Numbered from the stretch's first letter, positions 28,309 to 38,037 are shown. The stretch is 64,000 nt of DNA from Deltaproteobacteria bacterium (GCA_021813445.1 JAKAKP010000012.1:375-64374), one strand, 5' to 3'. Translations and numbers: made by a program. The notes: generated by a model from the letters alone, not told the origin.

Positions 28309-29189
28309 CAAATTTTCCGGTAGATTGTAGGCGCTCTCTGCTCCAGCGGCAGGTCCAGGCCGTGCAGGGTTTCCGAATGGCCGATGAACAAATATCCCCC
28401 CTGAAGCAAATACTGGCAGAGACGCTGCAGCACCAGCAATTGTCTAGGTTTTTCAAAATAAATCAGCACATTCCGGCAGAAAATTACGGCCTGGGGCTCC
28501 CTGAGGCCGTAATTATCCTCCATCAAATTGAGGTAGCGAAAGGTCACCAGCTCTCGTATCTCCGGGGCCAGGCGCACCAACCCTTGGTCCTTCCCTTTAC
28601 TGCGCAGGAGAAATTTTTTACGCCAGGGCAGGGGCACCGGCTCTATGCTCTCATGGGCATAGATGGCCCGCCGGGCCGTATCCAAAGCCCTGAGGGAAAT
28701 ATCCGTGGCCAAAATAGAAAAATGCCAGCCGGGATTATTGGAGAAGAACTCGCTGAGAAACATGGCCAGGGTGTAAGGTTCTTCACCGGTGGAGCAACCC
28801 GCACTCCAAGTCCGCAATCGGTTAGGCCCGCGCCCCAAACCCAGCTCCTGGGTCAACTCCGGCAGCGCTTTTTGGGTGAGATAGTTAAAATGCTGGGGCT
28901 CCCGGAAAAAATCGGTCTTGTTGGTGGTGACCACATCCAGCATATGGAGGCATTCGTCATCCAACCCTCCCTGACTGAACAGATAGTCGCAGTAGTCTGC
29001 GAAGTTGTCCATCCCCAAAAAGCGCAGACGTTTGCGCAACCGTCCCTCCAGCATGGTCTTTTTGGCGGGAGGCAATTTGATGCCGCACAGGCCGCTGATC
29101 AAACCGCTTAGGCGGTGGAAATCCGCCGTAGACATCACCGCATTATGGATATTGTTGGTCTTGGCCGCCGGAAGATAAGTGTTGGACAT
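28308..29189 (-). CDS. cheR: Chemotaxis protein methyltransferase CheR
   Basis: TDFFREPQHF and RTWSAGCSTGEEPYTLAM, with the SAM-binding domain. Confidence 0.9.
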   Translation of the reverse strand: MSNTYLPAAKTNNIHNAVMSTADFHRLSGLISGLCGIKLPPAKKTMLEGRLRKRLRFLGMDNFADYCDYLFSQGGLDDECLHMLDVVTTNKTDFFREPQHFNYLTQKALPELTQELGLGRGPNRLRTWSAGCSTGEEPYTLAMFLSEFFSNNPGWHFSILATDISLRALDTARRAIYAHESIEPVPLPWRKKFLLRSKGKDQGLVRLAPEIRELVTFRYLNLMEDNYGLREPQAVIFCRNVLIYFEKPRQLLVLQRLCQYLLQGGYLFIGHSETLHGLDLPLEQRAPTIYRKI

Positions 29190-29314
29190 GGAGAACCCTA
29201 TTTATTTTCAGAGATTGCCGGCCCCCAGGTGCCGGGAGAAAAGCTGCAACCCGGCGGCTTTTCTCCCGGCTGCTGGGGTTGATCACTATGGCAGTTGGGG
29301 AAGCTGCGGCAGTC

Positions 29315-29827
29315 TCACCCGGTTTCTGCCAGGGGGAGTTGCTCCCCGCCGATTTCCTGGGCCATGGCCAGTTCATCCATGGAGAAGACCTTATCGATGT
29401 CAATGATGATGAGAAAGCCTTCGCCATGTTTCCCCATGCCTTTAATAAACTTGGTATTTAACCGGGTGCCGATCCGGGGGGGCGGCTCAATCTGGTCGGG
29501 GTCCAGTTCCATCACCTCCTGCACCGAATCCACCAAGGCCCCCAGCATGGTGATCTCGCCGTCCAGTTCGATTTCCACGATGATGATACAGGTGTTCACC
29601 GTGGGTTCGGTTTTGCTCAATCCGAATTTGAGACGCATGTCCACCACCGGCATGACGCTGCCCCGGAGGTTGATGACCCCCAGCATGAATTCCGGAGTTT
29701 GGGGCACTTTGGTGACCTTGGTGAAATCCAACACTTCCCTGACCTTGGAGATATCCAGGGCAAAGACTTCCTCGTCCAGCTTGAAGGTCAAGTATTGCCC
29801 GGTTTCCGTAATAGAGGCGACACTCAT
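29315..29827 (-). CDS. cheW: Chemotaxis coupling protein CheW
   Basis: 170 aa: QYLTFKLDEEVFALDI..V.EV......T.VP......GVINLRG.V.PVVD. Confidence 0.9.
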   Translation of the reverse strand: MSVASITETGQYLTFKLDEEVFALDISKVREVLDFTKVTKVPQTPEFMLGVINLRGSVMPVVDMRLKFGLSKTEPTVNTCIIIVEIELDGEITMLGALVDSVQEVMELDPDQIEPPPRIGTRLNTKFIKGMGKHGEGFLIIIDIDKVFSMDELAMAQEIGGEQLPLAETG

Positions 29828-29839
29828 CAGTCTTTCCTC

Positions 29840-31984
29840 CTAATATCTTTCAAATTCATGATCTTCGCCGTCACCCTTGCTGGATCTACCAATCAGATCC
29901 AGGGCGATGCCTGTCACCTTCTCCCCATTCTTGGAGGGGTCGTCCGGGTGGCCCAGGGCCTTGAGCTTTTTCCCTTTTTCCGGCTTTTTGCCCCGGGGGG
30001 CTGGGTTTGCCAGCTTCGGGAGGTGGACTTCATCTTTCTGACCCGGGGCAAAAACCTGTTTCAGCAAGGAGCCGCCATTGTCCGCGATCTTGAAAAAGGC
30101 GATGGTGCCCTGCAGTTGCTCGGCCTGGCTCAGGAGTTCCTCGGAGATGGAGGCCATCTCCTCTGAGGCCGCGGCATTCTGCTGGATGACCTGGTCCAAC
30201 TGCTGGATGGCTTTATTGATCTGGTTCGCCCCGGACCTTTGTTCGTTGCTGGCCGCGTTGATCTCCTGCACCAGATCGGCAGTCTTTTGGATATCGGGGA
30301 CGATCCGGCCTAGCATCTCTCCGGCCTTTTCCGCCACTTCCACACTGGAGGCCGAGAGTTTGTTGATCTCCCCCGCGGCCATCTGGCTACGTTCTGCCAG
30401 CTTGCGCACTTCGGAGGCCACCACCGCGAACCCCTTGCCGTGCTCCCCGGCCCGGGCCGCTTCAATGGCGGCGTTCAGGGCCAGCAGATTGGTCTGGCGG
30501 GCGATCTCCTCAATAATGGAGATCTTGCCGGCGATCTCTTTCATGGCGGCGACGGTTTCCATCACCGCGTTGCCTCCCTCTTTGGCGTCTTCCGCGGCCT
30601 TGAGCGCGATCTTTTCGGTCTGCTGGGCGTTGTCGGAGTTCTGTTTGATGTTCGCGGCCATCTGCTCCATGGACGAGGACACCTCTTCCACGGATGCCGA
30701 TTGCTCCGTGGCTCCCTGGGAGAGCTGCTGGGAACTGGAACTCATTTCCTGGCTGCCGGCCGTGACGTGACGGGCCGCGGTCTGAATGTTGGCCACCACT
30801 TCGGACAGGCCGGAGACCATTTTCGCCAGGGCCTGCATTAACTTGTCCTCCCCGGACCTCTCCACCACCTTGATGGTCAGGTTGCCTTCCGCCAGTTCGG
30901 CTGCGACTTGGGTCACCTCATTCATGGCTTCAATCAGCATATTTAGGTTGTTTTTGATCTCGTTGAAGTCTCCTTTGTAGTTATCCGTAATCTTTTCAGG
31001 GATATCGCCTTTGCTGATCCGATCAATATATTCCGCACTGACATTGATAGGGCCCACAAAGGCATCAATTAGTTTATTGATGCTGTTAACCAGATCGCTC
31101 CAGGCACCCTGATATTCCGCGGCATTACCCCGGGAATCCAATTTGCCATCCAGAGTTGCTTTAGTTAAACTCTCGGTTTCAACGAGTAAGTTCTTGATTA
31201 TCTTCATCATAGAATCGAATGATTGGGCCAGCCTACCAATCTCATCCTTGGTATCAGCTTCGATTTTGACGTTTATATCCCCTGCTGCCAATTTATCCGC
31301 GGCTGCGGCCAAGTTTTGAACCGGCTTGCTAATCATCCGGGCTATAAAAAATCCCAGGGCCAAACCAATCAAAACTCCTACGCCTACAACCACGAACATG
31401 GTTAAGCGACTCTGGGCATACAAAGCACTGCTTTCTTCATAAACTTTTTTGCAGTTATCTTCTTTATTTTGAGTCAGTTCATTAAATACCGCCTCCACCG
31501 CATGCAATTTCTCTCTCCCCTTGACCTGGGATAGAGTGGTTGAGTCCTTTTCTTTGGCCAGACCTTCTTTCTTGGCCATCTCAATCATTTGTTTATTTAT
31601 CGCCTTGTACTCTTCCCACACTTTTTCGACCTTGCCGAAAAGCTCTTTTCCTCGTTTGCCTACAAACAAAGGCCTGGCTTTGGCGATGTCCTCCTGCATA
31701 GCTTTTTCATGGTCATTCATTCTTTTTTGGAACTTTTCCCGGTCTGCCTCCGATGTCGCCATGAGAAAATCTTTTTCACACCGGTCAAAATCCATCAGGC
31801 GTAGATCGGCATTTTTGATAAACGTAATGCCCATGGTTTCCCTTTGGTAAAGGATATCCAGCATCTCATTGATCTTGGCCATGTTGAATATGCCGAGGAA
31901 GCCGACAATGGCAGTGATAGCGCTAAGCAATAAAAATGACACAATAAGTTTCGAGCCAATTTTCAAATTATAAAACCATTTCAT
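29840..31984 (-). CDS. Methyl-accepting chemotaxis protein (4-helix-bundle sensor, HAMP, C-terminal EFERY pentapeptide)
   Basis: Two TM segments, HAMP, and the signalling hairpin [34 protein letters not shown]. The last 5 aa are EFERY. Confidence 0.95.
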   Translation of the reverse strand: MKWFYNLKIGSKLIVSFLLLSAITAIVGFLGIFNMAKINEMLDILYQRETMGITFIKNADLRLMDFDRCEKDFLMATSEADREKFQKRMNDHEKAMQEDIAKARPLFVGKRGKELFGKVEKVWEEYKAINKQMIEMAKKEGLAKEKDSTTLSQVKGREKLHAVEAVFNELTQNKEDNCKKVYEESSALYAQSRLTMFVVVGVGVLIGLALGFFIARMISKPVQNLAAAADKLAAGDINVKIEADTKDEIGRLAQSFDSMMKIIKNLLVETESLTKATLDGKLDSRGNAAEYQGAWSDLVNSINKLIDAFVGPINVSAEYIDRISKGDIPEKITDNYKGDFNEIKNNLNMLIEAMNEVTQVAAELAEGNLTIKVVERSGEDKLMQALAKMVSGLSEVVANIQTAARHVTAGSQEMSSSSQQLSQGATEQSASVEEVSSSMEQMAANIKQNSDNAQQTEKIALKAAEDAKEGGNAVMETVAAMKEIAGKISIIEEIARQTNLLALNAAIEAARAGEHGKGFAVVASEVRKLAERSQMAAGEINKLSASSVEVAEKAGEMLGRIVPDIQKTADLVQEINAASNEQRSGANQINKAIQQLDQVIQQNAAASEEMASISEELLSQAEQLQGTIAFFKIADNGGSLLKQVFAPGQKDEVHLPKLANPAPRGKKPEKGKKLKALGHPDDPSKNGEKVTGIALDLIGRSSKGDGEDHEFERY

Positions 31985-32183
31985 TTTTATTCACCTCTCT
32001 TATACAGTGATTAATTGCGCTTAATTCTATTGAGAAAGAAACTATATATTTCTTATCCCAATAACTTTAACCATATATTAAGGAACGAAAACCATATTGA
32101 AGAAATATGTAGTATAAAAGCTATAAAGTAATGTTAACAGCTTTTTTAGACATTATGGTTTCGCTCCATGATATTTACATACA

Positions 32184-32411
32184 TCAATTACATTGGTGGT
32201 CGTTAATCTTCTTAAATAATTTTGCATCGCTAACTACTTGCTGAAAAAGATGCGATACTTTACATAAAATCGCCAGGGTATAGGGCTCAGGGCTCATGGC
32301 GCCGCCCGCATCCCAGATGCGGATTCTGCTGCGGCCCATAGCCTCTGGAGCCATATGCTGGACTGTCAATTCCAGGGTGTGGCTGTCTCTGAAGAAATAG
32401 GTGAAGGCCAT
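32184..32411 (-). pseudogene. Truncated CheR-like methyltransferase fragment
   Basis: MAFTYFFRDSHTLE...RIRIWDAGGAMSPEPYTLAIL matches the FFRD and WSAGCxxGEEPY region of CheR but lacks the Cys. The frame decays into AT-rich sequence after about 50 aa. Confidence 0.6.
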
Positions 32412-32421
32412 ATCGCCTCGG

Positions 32422-34512
32422 TCAATTAATCAGTTCCCCGGCCTGCTGCCCCTGGACCAGTTGCAGGGCGTCCAGAATGAGAGCCACCGTGCCGTCACCC
32501 AGGAGCGTCGCCCCGGAGATGCCCGCCGCGCTGCGGTAGACCCGGCCCAGAGATTTGATCACCGTTTGCTGTTCGCCGATGACCTGATCCACCACCAGGC
32601 CGACCTTATTGCCGTTCATCTCCGTGATGACTATCTGTTCAATGGCGGGGGGGCGCCCCTCGATGTCAAAGCGCTCCCGCAGATGGACGTAAGGCACGAT
32701 TTCATCCCTGACCTTGGCAATTTTGTGGCCATGGGCCCGGGCCACGTCCTCCCGGGTCAGTTCCACACATTCCGTCACCACCGAGAGGGGCACGACAAAA
32801 AAGTCGTGATCGATGGTCACCAGCAGCCCTTCAATAATCGCCAGGGTCAGGGGCAACTTGATGGTGATGGCGGTCCCCACTCCCGGCTGGCTGTCGATCT
32901 CGATGGAGCCCTGTAAGGCCTCGATGGCTTTTTTCACCACATCCATGCCCACGCCCCGGCCCGAGACACTGGTGATCTCTTTGGCAGTGGAAAAGCCGGG
33001 GGACATAATAAAGTTGAACAGCTCCTTGTCGGAGATTTCCGTCTCCGGCGTCAGCCAGCCCATTTGCACCGCCTTCGCCTTGATGGTTTCATGGTCCAGG
33101 CCGCCGCCATCGTCTTGCACCTGGATGATCACCTGCGCCCCGGCATGACGGGCGGTTAAACGAATCTTGCCGTGGCCGGGCTTGCCTGCCTGCAACCTGA
33201 CCTCCGGCGGTTCGATGCCGTGATCGATACTATTGCGGAGCAGGTGCACCAGGGGGTCGTTCAAGCGTTCCAGCACGGTCTTGTCCAGTTCCGTTTCCGC
33301 TCCCTCGGTAATCAGATCGACCTTCCGCCCCAGCTCTGCGGACAGGTCCCGCACCAGGCGCTGGAATTTGCTGAAAATCGTGCCGATGGGCAGCATGCGC
33401 ATATTCAAGGCATTGTCCCGCAGGTCGCAGGTCAGCCGCTCCACTTCTTCGGCGATGGAGGTCAGATGGGGGTCGTTGCAATCGATGGCGGTCTGGCTGA
33501 GACGGGCCTGGACGGTGACTAATTCCCCCACCAAATCCACCAGCTTGTCCAGCTTGGCCGCTGGCACCCGGAGGCTCGCGGCTCCCTCGGCCTCTTGCTT
33601 TTTCCGTTGCACTGTCCGCACATGGCGTTGTTCCACCAGGGCTGATTGGACCTTATCGCAGCTTACCAATCCCTCCTGGAGCAGGGCTTCCCCGATCAAC
33701 GGGCCCTGGGCCAGATACCGCTTGAGACTGCTCTCATCCAGATCGCCCCGGGCCACCAGAATTTCGCCCAGTTTTTTATAGTCCTCCGCGCTTCCCGAGC
33801 CGTCGTCGATGACTTGAATATCCAGCCCGCTATCGTCCGCCACAAAGATAAAGACATCGGCAATGGCGTCGAGACCCCGGGAGGTGGTGAGAAAAATATC
33901 CCAGGCGGTGTAGCAATGTTCCGGATTAATATCCGTCAGAAACGGGATGGCCTCGGTCTGGGCGACCACGTTAAATTCCCCCAGTTGCCGCAACTCATGC
34001 AACAGGCTCAGGGGGTTGGTGCCGGTGAGGAAAATGTCGGCCGCAGGGCGGAAGCGGATTCTATAGGTGACCGGCGTACCCGCCCCAAGGGTTTCTTCTC
34101 CGGCAGGGGACGGGTCCGGGCCGGGGCCGGCGGTCATTTCGGCCTCCGGGATTAGGCCCCTGAAGGCCGCCATAATTTCTTGCTTTTTCAGGGAATCTTC
34201 CGGGGCGCCACCATCCAGCATGGCCCGGATTTCATCCCGGGCCGCCAGGCTCAAGTCCACCAGGGCCTTGGTAACCGGCACCTGGCCATTGCGTACCTGG
34301 TCAAAGACGGTTTCCACCTCATGGGTGAAAGCGACGATGTCCTCAAAGCCGAACATGGCGCCGGAGCCCTTGATGGTATGCAGGGCCCGGAAGACCCGGC
34401 CGATCAGCTCCTCATCTTCGGGATCCTGCTCCAGCGCCAGCAAGGACTCCTCCAGCTCCGCCAGGAGTTCGTAGGCCTCTTCCCGATAGGCTTCCCGGTG
34501 TTTATCTTTCAT
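32422..34512 (-). CDS. cheA: Chemotaxis histidine kinase CheA
   Basis: HPt (HTIKGSGAMFG), HATPase (NSIDHG, DDGGGLD, GRGVGMDVV), and a CheW-like C-terminus. ATG 34512 overlaps the cheY stop (ATGA). Confidence 0.95.
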   Translation of the reverse strand: MKDKHREAYREEAYELLAELEESLLALEQDPEDEELIGRVFRALHTIKGSGAMFGFEDIVAFTHEVETVFDQVRNGQVPVTKALVDLSLAARDEIRAMLDGGAPEDSLKKQEIMAAFRGLIPEAEMTAGPGPDPSPAGEETLGAGTPVTYRIRFRPAADIFLTGTNPLSLLHELRQLGEFNVVAQTEAIPFLTDINPEHCYTAWDIFLTTSRGLDAIADVFIFVADDSGLDIQVIDDGSGSAEDYKKLGEILVARGDLDESSLKRYLAQGPLIGEALLQEGLVSCDKVQSALVEQRHVRTVQRKKQEAEGAASLRVPAAKLDKLVDLVGELVTVQARLSQTAIDCNDPHLTSIAEEVERLTCDLRDNALNMRMLPIGTIFSKFQRLVRDLSAELGRKVDLITEGAETELDKTVLERLNDPLVHLLRNSIDHGIEPPEVRLQAGKPGHGKIRLTARHAGAQVIIQVQDDGGGLDHETIKAKAVQMGWLTPETEISDKELFNFIMSPGFSTAKEITSVSGRGVGMDVVKKAIEALQGSIEIDSQPGVGTAITIKLPLTLAIIEGLLVTIDHDFFVVPLSVVTECVELTREDVARAHGHKIAKVRDEIVPYVHLRERFDIEGRPPAIEQIVITEMNGNKVGLVVDQVIGEQQTVIKSLGRVYRSAAGISGATLLGDGTVALILDALQLVQGQQAGELIN

Positions 34513-34874
34513 CCCAGAACCTTCTTCACCACCGCCACCAATTGCTCCGGTTGAAAGGGTTTGACAATCCAACCGGTAGCCCCTGCGGCTTTACCTGCCT
34601 GTTTCTTCTCCACCTGCGATTCGGTGGTGAGCATGATGATGGGGATAAACTTGTACCTGGCTTCGCCCCGCAGTTGCCGGATCAAACCGATACCGTCCAG
34701 ATTGGGCATATTCAGGTCGGTGATCACCATGTTAATCCCCCGCCCGTTGAGCTTCCCCAAGGCATCCCGGCCATCCACCGCAGTAATCACTTCATAGCCC
34801 GCGGTTTGCAGAGTGAAACTCACCATCTGCCGCACACTGGCGGAATCATCCACCGCCATGATCACTTTACCCAT
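34509..34874 (-). CDS. cheY: Chemotaxis response regulator CheY
   Basis: MGKVIMAVDDS...MVITDLNMPNLDG...IVKPF. Confidence 0.9.
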   Translation of the reverse strand: MGKVIMAVDDSASVRQMVSFTLQTAGYEVITAVDGRDALGKLNGRGINMVITDLNMPNLDGIGLIRQLRGEARYKFIPIIMLTTESQVEKKQAGKAAGATGWIVKPFQPEQLVAVVKKVLG

Positions 34875-35218
34875 CACTCCCACCCTTCCTTCCAGATGCA
34901 GCTTGCCTGAGTATCGAGGACACAACCCTTGTCCCGGATAAACCCCAGCTCCTGCACCGCGGCTTTCAAGACGCCCGGGCGCGGGCTGGCCAACTCCAGA
35001 TGTTTGTCCGTTCTGACCGCGGTGCGGTGGGCGGAACAGAGCAATTGCATAAAAGACAGGTCCGCTGCCGTTACCCCTTCAAAAGTCACCAATAACTGGT
35101 TAGCGTTATTCAAGGCAGTCAGTAAGATCTTGTGCAGTTCCTGGGAATTTTCTATGGTAAGGTCACCAGCAAACTTTATGATCTGGGGTTCTGTTAATGC
35201 TTTTTTCTTACCCTTCAT
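34874..35218 (-). CDS. STAS-domain protein (anti-sigma-antagonist fold) embedded in the che operon
   Basis: IKFAGDLTIENSQELHKILL...LLVTFEGVTAADLSFMQLLCSAHRT. The start could be GTG 35224 or ATG 35218. Confidence 0.65.
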   Translation of the reverse strand: MKGKKKALTEPQIIKFAGDLTIENSQELHKILLTALNNANQLLVTFEGVTAADLSFMQLLCSAHRTAVRTDKHLELASPRPGVLKAAVQELGFIRDKGCVLDTQASCIWKEGWE

Positions 35219-35235
35219 CAGCACACCTATGACTT

Positions 35236-37107
35236 TTAGAATAACTCCACATTGTCGCCTAGATCGCCATCGTCTTTTATTTCAGTGGCAACTGTTGTTT
35301 GCCCGGCATCATGCCCTGCGACCACCATTCCTTTAATTGCCGCGGGGGGAGGAGAAATGAGGGTGCGGTCATGCACCAGGCGTTCGTCCATCATGGTATA
35401 TTGGGCTTTCAGTCCGGCTAATTCCTCATTGCTCAAGGGCGTCAATCGGTACTTCTCCGGGAGGAGCCCCCGGAATCGGCCTCCTAATTCCCGGATGCCG
35501 GCAATGACCTGGTCGATCGCTTCCCCCGCGTAGTCGCCCACCGTGATTTCTTCACCGGCCTTGGTAAGATCTGCGGCAAGGCTTTTCCCCTTCTGGTCCA
35601 TCAGGGTTAAGTTTAAGATGACGTTTTCATTAAGGCTGCTCAGGGCTTGCAATACTTCTCCCAGATTCAGAACCAACGCGTCCACGTCGATCTCCGCGGG
35701 CGCCCCTGCCGCGCCTTGACCCGCAGACAATTGCTGGGCCGCGGCTTTTATGGACCTGAGACTGGCCGCCACAGCCTGGGTCTGTTGTCTGGTTTCTCCC
35801 ACCAGACTTTGAGTGGCCTCAGCCAATACCCCCAGAACGTCTCCCTCCTCCCCCAAATGCGCCGCTTTAATGCAGGCGTTGAGGGCAATGCGTTCAATGG
35901 CGATCTCTATTCTTTCGATATCCAGTAAAAATCTGGCCATATCGCCGATGGCCGGGACCACCGCGGCCATCAATTCCCCTAAATCCTGCCGGGCCGCGCC
36001 ATAGAGATTCAAACCCGCAGTCACCGCGGCCAAATACTCCTCCAGCTCCACTAAAAATGAGTTTCCCTGGCGATTGGCGTCGCCCGCTAATTCCTGGACC
36101 TGTTGGGAGATGGCCAGGATGTCCCGGGCTATGCTTTTCAGGTTGTCGATGATGGCCCGCACCGCCTGGGTCAATTTGTCCCGGGCAATGACCAGTTGCG
36201 CCTCTTGAATCTGGCAAATATCCTTGGCCAACATTAGGGCCTGCCGCTGTTGACCGTTTTTCTGGGCTCTCTCTTGTATTAAAACTAAAATATTCTGTAA
36301 TGCCTGTTCCACATGCTCAATTTGCTGTCTAGTTATGTCGTGGAACTGTAAAGACATAACTATTTCAGATATTTTTCTTGAGATATTTTGGTAACTATTA
36401 GAAATATGTGTGGTAGTATCTGCCGATAAATACTGTTTTTCCGTCAAAGAATTGATGCTAAGCATAGTTTTATCGATGACTAAGAGCATCTGATCTCTTT
36501 GATTTGCTTTAATATTGAACATATTAGCCAGACTATCGCTTAATGAAACTGAAAGTGAGTGTGATTTGGTGAAGATATTAGAGCATTTTTCTTCTATATC
36601 TTTACCGAGCTGACTAATTGCGGTGGCCAGAGTGGAGAAATCCGCGCCCATTTTAAGTAAACGCGCACTCTCCACCCTGATAAAAGTGCCCAGGATGGTT
36701 AACTTCTTGACTATTTTTTGGAATCCAGTTATGGCGGATTGAATCAGGTCCAGGGTGCGGAGAATTTCGCTGAGGACCTCGGTGCCCATCTCGCATTCTG
36801 CGGCCAACACTTTGGTCTGCTGGAAAATCTGCCCTAACTGCGAGATGGCCTGATTCAACTCGGCGCCGCCGATGATCCCGGCCGTGGCCGCGGAGGCCTC
36901 TGAAATCTCTCGGGCCCGGCCGGAAAAATCCTGTAAGTAACCTCCAGTAGTTAGAAATTCCTCTTCGGTCCCGGCATTAAGCCGCTGCAACTCCCGGCTC
37001 AGTTCCTGGATCTGCTGCGCCCCGGCAGTCAGCACCCGCGGCGTCCGGTACCGTCCGAATACCTTGGTGATGATGCTTTGCAAGTGACCGTTAGTTGGCA
37101 TGGTCAT
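35236..37107 (-). CDS. Soluble coiled-coil protein with a degenerate MCP signalling hairpin
   Basis: 623 aa with no hydrophobic TM segment. ERIALNACIKAAHLGEEGDVLGVLAEATQSLVGET aligns residue by residue with the MCP tip [34 protein letters not shown] of the neighbouring MCP. Confidence 0.7.
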   Translation of the reverse strand: MTMPTNGHLQSIITKVFGRYRTPRVLTAGAQQIQELSRELQRLNAGTEEEFLTTGGYLQDFSGRAREISEASAATAGIIGGAELNQAISQLGQIFQQTKVLAAECEMGTEVLSEILRTLDLIQSAITGFQKIVKKLTILGTFIRVESARLLKMGADFSTLATAISQLGKDIEEKCSNIFTKSHSLSVSLSDSLANMFNIKANQRDQMLLVIDKTMLSINSLTEKQYLSADTTTHISNSYQNISRKISEIVMSLQFHDITRQQIEHVEQALQNILVLIQERAQKNGQQRQALMLAKDICQIQEAQLVIARDKLTQAVRAIIDNLKSIARDILAISQQVQELAGDANRQGNSFLVELEEYLAAVTAGLNLYGAARQDLGELMAAVVPAIGDMARFLLDIERIEIAIERIALNACIKAAHLGEEGDVLGVLAEATQSLVGETRQQTQAVAASLRSIKAAAQQLSAGQGAAGAPAEIDVDALVLNLGEVLQALSSLNENVILNLTLMDQKGKSLAADLTKAGEEITVGDYAGEAIDQVIAGIRELGGRFRGLLPEKYRLTPLSNEELAGLKAQYTMMDERLVHDRTLISPPPAAIKGMVVAGHDAGQTTVATEIKDDGDLGDNVELF

Positions 37108-37111
37108 CCCG

Positions 37112-37537
37112 TTAAACCCTCTCCATTAAATGGCGGGGGAGCAGAGAACCGGGGTTCTGGGGCGGATATCCCATAATTCTTCGCAACACTGCGGCCACAT
37201 TCCGGAAATCGTTTTGGATATTGGTCAGGTAGCGGGGCCGCAATTTGTGGGCTTGGGCAATGCTTTGGGGGTCGGCGTCCGGAAGGATCAAGATGACCCG
37301 CAGCCTCTCCAGCATTTGGTCGAATGATTGCAGTGCCTGCAGTTCTTCCCGAGTAGTGGCTAAAAGGATCGCTACCTCCAGACCATTAAGGGGGCTTCTC
37401 AGCCTTTCCGCCAAACTCTCCGCGGTGTGCAGCCTCTCGGTTAACTGTTCCGGAATTACTGCGGCCACCGCCTCCTCCAAAAGGTCGCTGGCTCTATGCG
37501 CCAGTGGGGCATATAAGAGCAGCTTTCTAAAGGGCAT
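37112..37537 (-). CDS. Hypothetical 141-aa protein, first gene of the che operon
   Basis: The ORF is tightly coupled to the next gene (a 4-nt gap). It has an alternating beta-alpha-like pattern (KLLLYAP..., VAILLATT, VILILPDAD) but no receiver Asp signature. Confidence 0.55.
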   Translation of the reverse strand: MPFRKLLLYAPLAHRASDLLEEAVAAVIPEQLTERLHTAESLAERLRSPLNGLEVAILLATTREELQALQSFDQMLERLRVILILPDADPQSIAQAHKLRPRYLTNIQNDFRNVAAVLRRIMGYPPQNPGSLLPRHLMERV

Positions 37538-37589
37538 AATTTCTTTTCTCTTTTAAGGCTTAAAGAATGAACTTGCTGCATCTGCCGAA

Positions 37590-37606
37590 ATGCCAGATGC
37601 GTGCCG
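37590..37606 (-). promoter_or_regulatory. Candidate sigma54 (-24/-12) promoter of the che operon
   Basis: The minus strand reads CGGCACGCATCTGGCAT: GGCACG-N4-TGGCA with correct GG/GC spacing. It lies about 55 nt upstream of ATG 37537. Confidence 0.45.
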
Positions 37607-37722
37607 GAGGAGGAAATCAATGAAAAATATATAAAATGTAACTATTTGATTGATATATTAGATAGATAACGAAAGGTGAGGAGAGATATGGTAAAAAATA
37701 TGCAGAAAAAGAAGAAAAATTC

Positions 37723-37784
37723 TGTCTTATGAAATTGGATTCAATCTTGAATGAAAAGATTTTGTCTTAGCAGACAAGACAAAA
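37723..37784. promoter_or_regulatory. Candidate upstream activator sites (TGTCTTA half-sites; palindrome TTGTCT-TAGC-AGACAA)
   Basis: A half-site lies at 37723-37729 and a 6-4-6 palindrome at 37762-37777 with an overlapping TTTTGTC/GACAAAA pair. The sites lie about 115-180 bp upstream of the sigma54-type promoter. Confidence 0.3.
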
Positions 37785-38037
37785 ATTGCTGTCATGATTA
37801 TCCGGACCTGATGGGGTTTTATCGGACCTTTAAGAAGCCACGGGGCAGGTTGGGATGAAGGCTAGGTTAATAGGGAACCTCCTGGCTGCAGAATACGGTT
37901 ATCAATCCCGGTTTAGGCCTTGAGGCCATTCGAATTATTTAATATTGCGGCCTTTTATTTTAAATAATTATTGGATATTATAGGTGTAAAAAAATTTGAC
38001 ATGATCAGGTAAGTATCTGCAACATTTAACCGAGGTA

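Noticed and set aside
35236-35256. C-terminal NVELF of the soluble MCP-like protein as a CheR-tethering pentapeptide
   Set aside because: Position 2 is Val, not an aromatic residue, so it does not fit the x-[HFWY]-x2-[HFWY] pattern.
37573-37594. A second sigma54-like motif, TGGCATTTCGGCAGATGCA, overlapping the che promoter candidate
   Set aside because: The GG-to-GC spacing is 3 nt too long for a -24/-12 promoter.
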